DNA of 62,811 nucleotides, counting the filler, from Deltaproteobacteria bacterium (GTDB lineage Bacteria; JAEEML01): NCBI GenBank assembly GCA_016283195.1. It is 3 parts of 3 records of this genome, joined end to end, with 100 filler letters (N's around TTAATTAATTAA, not from the genome) between each part and the next. Parts side by side here need not be neighbours in the genome. Positions count along the whole stretch, not along the records: positions 52,806 to 62,811 come from JAEEML010000096.1; 2 more parts are not named here. One strand, given 5' to 3'. Positions 56,122 through 62,811 of the stretch are shown here, one piece after another. Numbering within the stretch: the first letter of the stretch is position 1; the number at the start of each line of letters is the position of its first letter. The notes under the pieces were generated by a model. That model saw only the letters and a program-made list of their open reading frames with translations. It was not told the DNA's origin and did no database searches. The position numbers and the translations under genes were made by a program.

Positions 56122-58452
56122 TTAGCCTTTTTTCTTCTCTTTGAGAGCTTTTAGAACCTTCTCGGCGGTGAAGGGAGTAGAGCGGATGCGCACGCCGATG
56201 GCATCGTAAATGGCATTAGCAATAGCCGGGCAAGCGCCGTTGATGCCGATTTCGGAGACCGATTTGGCCCCATACGGCCCGGATTCTTCATAAGTCGGCA
56301 CCATGATGGTGGTCATTTTGGGCATATCGGCGGTGGAGAAGATTTTGTAATTATCAAAACCATCGTTTACCATGCGGCCGTTTTTATCAAAGAGGTATTC
56401 CTCGGTAAGGGCATAAGACATACCGTTCATCACGGCGCCTTCCACCTGGCCCTCAGCCAGTGTGGGGTTAATGGCTGTGCCGCAATCGGTGGCCGCCACA
56501 TAGTGCAACACTTTTACTTCGCCGGTTTCGGTATCTACTTCCACCTCGGCAAAGTGGGCAGCAAAGGGGGGCGGGCTCTTGTGGGAGATGGCCGAAGCGA
56601 TAGTGCCGATTTGGTGCTGATTATTGCTGTAAAGAGCATTGTTGCAAATATCGCTATAAGTTTTAAAGCGGCTCTCATCATCCCGCACAAAGGCTTTGGA
56701 ATCTTCCAGCTCAATGTCATCTATAGAGACGCCCAGCATTTCGGCGGCTACCTCTTTAATCTGGCGGGCTACCTCAGTAGCGGCGCGGCGGGAAGCTTCG
56801 CCGGAGAGATAAGTGGTGGAAGAAGCATAAGCGCCAACATCAAAAGGCGTCATATCGGTATCGGAAGAATAAACAATAATATCCTCGGCTTTGCAGCAGA
56901 GGGCTTCGGCCGCTGTCTGGGCCAGCATGGTATCGGATCCGGTGCCGAGGTCGGTAGCGCCGGCCAAAAGGTTAAAGGAGCCGTCTTCGTTCATCTTGAT
57001 GGAAACAGAGGCCATATCCACTTCGGGAATTGATGAGCCCTGCATGAGGGCAGCCATACCGACGCCGCGCACTTTGGTGCCATTGGTAATGTGCTTGCGC
57101 CAGATATCTTTCCAGCCGATGGCCTCGGCTCCCTGACGGATGCAGCGCTCCAGGCCGTTGGAAGTAACTTTTTGCTCCACACCGGCTTTGCCTTCGCCGA
57201 GAGCGGCAAAGACCGGCGAGCCTTCGTTTTCTCTGATGGCATTTTTAAGACGGAACTCAATGGGATCCATGTTTAAAATTTCGGCCAGCTCGTCCATTTG
57301 CATTTCCTGAGCAAAGCTGGACTGGGTGGCGCCGTAGCCGCGGTAAGCGCCGGCAACGGGCATATTGGTATAAACGGTCTCGCAGTGGAATTCCACGGCA
57401 TCGGCTCTATAGAGCGGCAGCACCTTGGAGCCGCAGTTCATGGCCACAGTGAGCGCATGGGAGCCATAAGCACCGGTATTGGAAAGAACTTCCATCTTGG
57501 TGGCAGTGAGGCTGCCATCGGGGCGGGCGCCATTGCTCATCTTAACAATTTGCGGGTGGCGGGTGCGGGAGATAAATTCCTCAGCGCGGGTAAGCTCCAT
57601 TAAAACCGGCTGTTTGCAGGCGAGAACCAAAGCGCCGACCAAGGGCTCATAGAGCACCTCCTGCTTGGTGCCAAAGCCGCCGCCAACGCGGGCTTTAATA
57701 ATGCGGATTTGCTTCACGGGAATGCCCAGAGCGCGGGCGGTGATGCGCCGGGCGTGGAAGGGCACCTGGGTAGAAGTGACAATCACCAGGCGGCCCCGTT
57801 CATCCAGGTAGCCCATGGAAACATGGGGCTCAATGGGGCAGTGCTGGCCGTAGTGGGTCTCGTATTCGTGAGAAATCATAACCGGTGATTCGGCGAGGAG
57901 TTTATCCACTTCGCCCATGGTGGCACCGGCTTCGGAGGCCACATTTTGTTCCGGCTTAAAGCCGATGGGGAAGAGCTCGTGGGCCTCCGGTTCGTCATGA
58001 ATAACGGGGCCGCCTTTGGCTTTTCTTATATCGAGCACGGCCGGGAGCACATCATACTCAACTTTGATGGCTTTAATGGCTTCTTTGGCAATAGCGGCGT
58101 TATCAGCGGCGACGGCAGCCACCCAGTCGCCAACATAGCGCATTTTTTTATCGAGAATAAAGGTGTCATATGGTGAAGGCTCCGGGTAACCCTGGCCGCC
58201 GGTGGTATAGACATTTCTCGGCACATTTTTATAAGTGAGCACCGCATGAACACCAGGCATGGCTTCTGCTTCGCTGGTGTCGATAGAAGTAATAATGGCG
58301 TGGGCGTGCGGGCTATGCAAAATAGCGCCCACTAGGGGAGCCTTAGGCATAGGCCAGTCGGCCACATAGACAGCTTGCCCGGCGGCCATGGAAAGGCCGT
58401 CGATTTTGTTCACGGAAGTTCCTACCACTTTGAAATTTCGATCCATGCGCAT
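56122..58452 (-). CDS. Xanthine dehydrogenase family molybdopterin-binding subunit
   Basis: SPHAHA.I, STQVPF, VGGGFGTKQ, AYRGYG, GTGSDT, EGQVEG and GPYGAKSVSE motifs. Confidence 0.92.
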   Translation of the reverse strand: MRMDRNFKVVGTSVNKIDGLSMAAGQAVYVADWPMPKAPLVGAILHSPHAHAIITSIDTSEAEAMPGVHAVLTYKNVPRNVYTTGGQGYPEPSPYDTFILDKKMRYVGDWVAAVAADNAAIAKEAIKAIKVEYDVLPAVLDIRKAKGGPVIHDEPEAHELFPIGFKPEQNVASEAGATMGEVDKLLAESPVMISHEYETHYGQHCPIEPHVSMGYLDERGRLVIVTSTQVPFHARRITARALGIPVKQIRIIKARVGGGFGTKQEVLYEPLVGALVLACKQPVLMELTRAEEFISRTRHPQIVKMSNGARPDGSLTATKMEVLSNTGAYGSHALTVAMNCGSKVLPLYRADAVEFHCETVYTNMPVAGAYRGYGATQSSFAQEMQMDELAEILNMDPIEFRLKNAIRENEGSPVFAALGEGKAGVEQKVTSNGLERCIRQGAEAIGWKDIWRKHITNGTKVRGVGMAALMQGSSIPEVDMASVSIKMNEDGSFNLLAGATDLGTGSDTMLAQTAAEALCCKAEDIIVYSSDTDMTPFDVGAYASSTTYLSGEASRRAATEVARQIKEVAAEMLGVSIDDIELEDSKAFVRDDESRFKTYSDICNNALYSNNQHQIGTIASAISHKSPPPFAAHFAEVEVDTETGEVKVLHYVAATDCGTAINPTLAEGQVEGAVMNGMSYALTEEYLFDKNGRMVNDGFDNYKIFSTADMPKMTTIMVPTYEESGPYGAKSVSEIGINGACPAIANAIYDAIGVRIRSTPFTAEKVLKALKEKKKG

Positions 58453-58655
58453 ACTCCTACAGGATGGTTTTTAAAACAAACCTCCTTATCTTTAGCCGAA
58501 TAAGAAAGAAATTGGTAGGGCAATTTTGTCTATATTTGCAGATTTTGTAATGTGTCATTATGTACCCTCAAATTGTTGGTAATTGACAACCGCCCGCCGG
58601 GCGCGGCATAATACGCCCGCCTGTTATGGGCGTTAACTGTTTTTAAGGAGGAAAC

Positions 58656-60851
58656 ATGAAAAAGAATTTATTTGGTACGATGGCTCTCAGCCTGCTTTTG
58701 GCCGGCGGTGCTGCTTTGTCTCTCAATTCGTGTAAAAACGACGAAGAAGAGGAAGAGGGAAAAAAAGAGTGCACCTCTAAATTTGATTGCGACCCCGGCT
58801 TTATTTGCAACGATAAAGGCAAATGCGAAGCCATGAGCGGCTGCGATCCTACCGATGAGAATGCTTGCAAAGCCGGTGAGATTTGTACTGATTTAGGTGA
58901 ATGTGTAGCTTGCGGCAAGTTGGCCAAAAAGTGCGAAATTATCGGTATGACCGGCCAAGTCGGTTCGGCTCTCACTGTTGCTGTCGGCAGCAAAACCAAT
59001 TTGGAAGCCGTAGCTCTTGATGAAAGCGGCGCCCCTATTTACTGCGCCACCTTTGAATTTTCCGGCGGTTCCGTTAGCGGTAGCGAATACACCGCTGCTG
59101 CCGGGGACAGCAAAATTACCGCCAAAGTTTCCGGCTCTGATGTCCAGTGCGAACTTAGTGTAAAAGTTTTGGATGCTTCTGCCGCCGAATCCGTGCAGGT
59201 ATTTGTCTATGATGATGCCACAGGCCAGGGTGTTGCCGGGGCCAAAGTGGTTGTTGATGCCGATAGCGATTATATCGAAACCGATGCCAGCGGTATTGCT
59301 GCGGTTACAGTTAAGGCTGCTGCTGCCACCACATTTACCGTTACCGCTTTCAAAGCCGATTACAATTACACCACCATAGCCGATGTACCGGTGGCTACCA
59401 AGAGCGTGGCTGTGCCCGTTGGTCATCGTCCTTTAAAAAGCGAACTGGCCGGCGGTTCCAAAGGCAAATTCAGCTTTGATGAATTTGCTAAATCTTTCCT
59501 GGGCGGTACTCACCAAGACTTTAAAGCCGCTTTTGTTACCAATACCATCCCGCTTTCCAGTGTTTTCACTTTTGATTTAGATAACTTCCTCGGTAGCATG
59601 ACCAGCGGTTGCAGTATTGGTAAAGATGGTTGCTACAGCTTAGCCGATATAATCCCCGATAGCATAATGAGCCTTATTCCCAAAGATGCTAACGGTAATA
59701 GTATGGTTCCCGAGGCTATTCCATTGCCCGGCGGAGCTGTTGTAGGTGCTAAAAAGAGCGATATGAAAGCCACTTACACAGCACCCGCTATTCCCGGCCA
59801 GCGTATTCCTTGGGCTTTAGGTCTTGAAATTGCGCTTAACGATGTTATCGGTATTGTACCGATGTTTACTTCCAAAACCATTGATGTGCCGACGATTTTC
59901 GACGCCGTTTTGCCGCTTTTCAGCAAATTCGGTACTGCCGTCGGTGTGCCGGCCGCTATGCCTGCCGGTGGTGCTTTGGCCAGCCAAGACCTCTCTTTAA
60001 GCGAAAAATTCCGCATTTACCGCGAGCTCAAAGTTGACAGTTTACCGGCCGATGCTGAATCAAAGGCTCAAATGGACGCTATCGGTATTCTGCGCCTTGT
60101 CAACGCCAGAGGTTACGGCGCTATGCTCACCGGTCTCACTCTTTCGGCCGATATCGACGGCAACGGCAAAATTGATGCCGCTACTGTTTGTAAAAATGAA
60201 AAAGACAAAAAAGAATGCCCCAAAGATGTCAGCGGCAAAGTGCCGGAAGGCAGTGTCGGTATTCTTTACGCTCCGGCGCAAAAGTCCATTAAAAATGCCG
60301 ATGACAAAACCATTGTTGTTGCTGCCCCCATCGGTAAGCAACTCATGAACGCCGAGAAATTACCGAGTGCCAATGAATACGGCGCTATTCGTCTTACCGC
60401 GAATGTTATAAAAGGTGCTCCAAAAACCGGTGATTCTATTAAAGCCAGTGATTTTATCGGCCTGCCTACTATCGATGCTTCTGCTCCCAGGACTGTTAAA
60501 GATTATGCCTTTGAAAATGCTCAGGGCGCTGATATGAATCTTCTGCTTTACAGCGCTTTTAACGATGACAATGATTTCTCCAGTCGCTGGGTGGTCTATT
60601 CCAAGAGCGGCAGCATCAATCTGCCGAAAGTCCCGGATGGCATGGGTGACCCCAGAGTGCAAAACAGCTCCAAATATGACGACCCGGAAGTTGTCGTCCA
60701 CCTCTCGCTCAAACTCGACGGCGTTACTTATGAAAACCTGGTGGCCAATAACGGTAACAACGTAGAAAGAGCTCTGGAACAAATGAGCAAATTCTCCATT
60801 ATGGTGCCTTATTACCCCTCTATCGGTAATAACGATAACGACAATAACTAA
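58656..60851 (+). CDS. Large lipoprotein with Cys-rich N-terminus and Ig-like/carboxypeptidase-regulatory-like region
   Basis: AAGGAGG RBS, lipobox LNSC, Cys repeats and VYDDATGQGVAGAKV. Confidence 0.65.
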   Translation: MKKNLFGTMALSLLLAGGAALSLNSCKNDEEEEEGKKECTSKFDCDPGFICNDKGKCEAMSGCDPTDENACKAGEICTDLGECVACGKLAKKCEIIGMTGQVGSALTVAVGSKTNLEAVALDESGAPIYCATFEFSGGSVSGSEYTAAAGDSKITAKVSGSDVQCELSVKVLDASAAESVQVFVYDDATGQGVAGAKVVVDADSDYIETDASGIAAVTVKAAAATTFTVTAFKADYNYTTIADVPVATKSVAVPVGHRPLKSELAGGSKGKFSFDEFAKSFLGGTHQDFKAAFVTNTIPLSSVFTFDLDNFLGSMTSGCSIGKDGCYSLADIIPDSIMSLIPKDANGNSMVPEAIPLPGGAVVGAKKSDMKATYTAPAIPGQRIPWALGLEIALNDVIGIVPMFTSKTIDVPTIFDAVLPLFSKFGTAVGVPAAMPAGGALASQDLSLSEKFRIYRELKVDSLPADAESKAQMDAIGILRLVNARGYGAMLTGLTLSADIDGNGKIDAATVCKNEKDKKECPKDVSGKVPEGSVGILYAPAQKSIKNADDKTIVVAAPIGKQLMNAEKLPSANEYGAIRLTANVIKGAPKTGDSIKASDFIGLPTIDASAPRTVKDYAFENAQGADMNLLLYSAFNDDNDFSSRWVVYSKSGSINLPKVPDGMGDPRVQNSSKYDDPEVVVHLSLKLDGVTYENLVANNGNNVERALEQMSKFSIMVPYYPSIGNNDNDNN

Positions 60852-61495
60852 ATTTCCCCGCTCCTAAGGCCCTCTTTTGCTTTTTCTCGCAAAATAAAAG
60901 CTAATTTTTTGACAGCTTCGTTAAGCTCATCGCGGCTACCGTTATTTTGAATAATATAATTGCTCTGAGCTACCCGGTATTCATCGCTATTTTGGACTAA
61001 GAGGCGCTTTTCGGCTTCTTCCCGGCTTAAATTATTGCGCTCCATGAGCCGCAAAAGCCGCACTTTAGGCGGAGCGGTGACGGTTATCACGGCATCGAGA
61101 CTTTTATTAAGGCCGCTCTCAAAAAGCAGTGTGGCCTCAATAATGGCTAAATTGCTTGTCTCGGCTTTTAGGTGCTCTATGAGTGCTCTGGCAATTAAAG
61201 GGTGGGTTATCTCATTTAAACGCGGCAAAAGGCGCGGATCACCAAAGACTTTTTTACTTAGAAGCGAGCGGCTTACGCTCCCCCCGGCCATTATTTCCGT
61301 GCCGAAGGTTTTAACCAGGTTTTCCGCCAGCTCCCGGCTGCTTTGCAGAAGATCGTGATAGATGAGGTCGGTATCGAAAAGCGGCAGGCCGAGAGCGGCA
61401 AAATAGCTGCCGGCCAGTGACTTTCCGCTGGCAATTCCGCCAGTCAGGCCGATAAGCAATTTATTTGGAAAAATATCTTTTAAATTCCAGTTCAT
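60848..61495 (-). CDS. coaE: Dephospho-CoA kinase
   Basis: IGLTGGIASGKS, LNEITHP, LLFE, RLM.RN and I.NNGS motifs. Confidence 0.93.
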   Translation of the reverse strand: MNWNLKDIFPNKLLIGLTGGIASGKSLAGSYFAALGLPLFDTDLIYHDLLQSSRELAENLVKTFGTEIMAGGSVSRSLLSKKVFGDPRLLPRLNEITHPLIARALIEHLKAETSNLAIIEATLLFESGLNKSLDAVITVTAPPKVRLLRLMERNNLSREEAEKRLLVQNSDEYRVAQSNYIIQNNGSRDELNEAVKKLAFILREKAKEGLRSGEI

Positions 61496-61572
61496 CACAT
61501 TACTCTCTTTTCGGCACAAAAGTTGCCGCTATTTTCTTAATTATAATAGCGCAAAAAGCGCCGGGGAACAAA

Positions 61573-62367
61573 ATGGCGGAAGCAATAGAAGAGGAAAATA
61601 TCGCTTGTCTGCAGCAAACAATAGATAAACTGCGCCCGCTCTGCCGTAGCCAAAAATTAAAAAAGCGCCTTCTGGAAGTGGAAAACGGCCTTCTGGCCGG
61701 AATTATGCCGGCCGAGGAGGCGCTTAAAGCTATTCAGGAAATAAAAGCCGGCCTTTCCGTGGGGGAGAGCGGAGCTAAAAACGAAAACCGCGCCCGTGAG
61801 CCGCTGGGGGCCTTAAACAGGCCGCTTTACCTAAGTAACACCGCGGCTAAGGGCAAGAATAATATTCTCTCCAAAACTGCGCCGCCGCGCCTTAATAGCA
61901 ATAATCTGGCTATTTTACTGGGGCGCATTGATAGTCAATTGGTGGAGCTGCTTATGAGCTCAAAACTTACAGCTTCAGCGCGCCTTAAGCTCTTGTTATT
62001 GGGAGAACTGCGCTATGAGCTGGATAATCCGCGTCACCTGCACGGTGGCGAGGAGCTTTTGCAAGAGCTTTTAAATGAAAACCTTGCCGAATATGAGCGT
62101 CTTGTTGAAGCGATTAAAGATATAACTGCTGGTAAAAACGAGATAATTCGTCAAGCCATCGTACTTCTGAGGCGCGAGGCTCTTATAACTAGTTCGCCGG
62201 AAATTAATCAAAAGCTTGCGCGTCTTAATGAATTAAAAGAAAAAAAAGAAGGCGTTTCGGAAGAAGAAACCTGGTGCGAGGAGGTGTTTAACTGCCTCCA
62301 GCCGGTAAAAGAGGCACTCTTTGGCCAGGAAAATCGCCCGTTTTTATTGCGGGCGCTCGATATGTAG
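61573..62367 (+). CDS. Hypothetical helical protein
   Basis: Long ORF with host-like codon usage, divergent from coaE. Confidence 0.55.
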   Translation: MAEAIEEENIACLQQTIDKLRPLCRSQKLKKRLLEVENGLLAGIMPAEEALKAIQEIKAGLSVGESGAKNENRAREPLGALNRPLYLSNTAAKGKNNILSKTAPPRLNSNNLAILLGRIDSQLVELLMSSKLTASARLKLLLLGELRYELDNPRHLHGGEELLQELLNENLAEYERLVEAIKDITAGKNEIIRQAIVLLRREALITSSPEINQKLARLNELKEKKEGVSEEETWCEEVFNCLQPVKEALFGQENRPFLLRALDM

Positions 62368-62419
62368 AGCCAATTTTTTTGAGTCTATGAGCGCGTTTTA
62401 GAGATTTTTAAAGGTGATA

Positions 62420-62480
62420 TGTAAAAAAGTTAAAAAAGTTACTTGACATAAAAAACGCTTTCGACTAATAACGTCGCCGT
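62420..62480 (+). promoter_or_regulatory. Stable-RNA type promoter
   Basis: A-tract UP-like region, TTGACA at 62443, weak -10 and a GC-rich discriminator before the tRNA cluster. Confidence 0.55.
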
Positions 62481-62496
62481 GGGTGAGCTAGACAAC

Positions 62497-62572
62497 GCTG
62501 GTGTAGCTCAACTGGCAGAGCAGCTGATTTGTAATCAGCAGGTTGCGGGTTCAAGTCCCATCACCAGCTCCA
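62497..62572 (+). tRNA. tRNA-Thr(TGT)
   Basis: Cloverleaf, anticodon arm ctgat-ttgtaa-tcag, encoded CCA. Confidence 0.95.
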
Positions 62573-62613
62573 TGATTAGGTAGATGGCGAAGCAAATGAC
62601 TTCGCTTTCGGGT

Positions 62614-62698
62614 GGAGAGATTCCCGAGTGGCTAAAGGGAGCAGACTGTAAATCTGCCGTCTACGACTTCGAAGGTTCGAATCCTTCTCTCTCCACCA
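62614..62698 (+). tRNA. tRNA-Tyr(GTA)
   Basis: Acceptor stem ggagaga/tctctcc, anticodon ctgtaaa loop, long variable arm, CCA. Confidence 0.95.
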
Positions 62699-62709
62699 AC
62701 TTTTTTAGA

Positions 62710-62785
62710 GCGGGAGTAGCGCAGTAGGTAGAGCATCAGCCTTCCAAGCTGAGGGTCGCGGGTTCGAAACACGTTTCCCGCTCCA
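62710..62785 (+). tRNA. tRNA-Gly(TCC)
   Basis: Acceptor stem gcgggag/ttcccgc, anticodon cttccaa loop, CCA. One mismatch each in the D and T stems. Confidence 0.88.
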
Positions 62786-62796
62786 ATATGTTAGTA

Positions 62797-62811
62797 GCCC
62801 TTGTAGCTCAG
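62797..62811 (+). tRNA. 5' start of a fourth tRNA, probably Thr(GGT), cut by the window end
   Basis: gcccttgtagctcag follows the canonical Thr-Tyr-Gly-Thr order that usually precedes tuf. Confidence 0.6.

Overview
The window is three contigs joined by artificial N-TTAATTAATTAA-N linkers (23986-24085 and 52706-52805), so adjacency across those gaps is not real. The host is a Gram-negative bacterium (lpxB, lpxK). Many Cys-rich lipoproteins and FISUMP-domain proteins suggest a Myxococcota/deltaproteobacterial lineage (inference). Housekeeping genes include clpB, thrS, lpxK, lpxB, coaE, a P-type ATPase and a tRNA Thr-Tyr-Gly-(Thr) cluster. The accessory content has five main parts. (1) A BREX type 1-like locus (brxA-brxB-brxC-pglX-pglZ, no brxL) whose pglX is split into two ORFs by an ABC-ATPase + DUF4276-like pair, with an AlbA_2/Schlafen-like gene before pglZ. 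(2) Two paralogous surface-protein operons preceded by ATG-(GTTCA)n leader ORFs, where only one repeat phase stays open as far as the operon, a candidate translational phase-variation switch. (3) A FISUMP gene whose 3' end looks like a DGR variable region, with displaced copies of that 3' end flanking KilA-N and toxin-antitoxin cassettes. (4) A low-GC islet bounded by a duplicated clpB 3' end, carrying a protease-like/immunity-like/DUF4417 trio. (5) A dispersed, modular, hairpin-rich repeat family. All family assignments come from motif recognition by eye; no searches were run.
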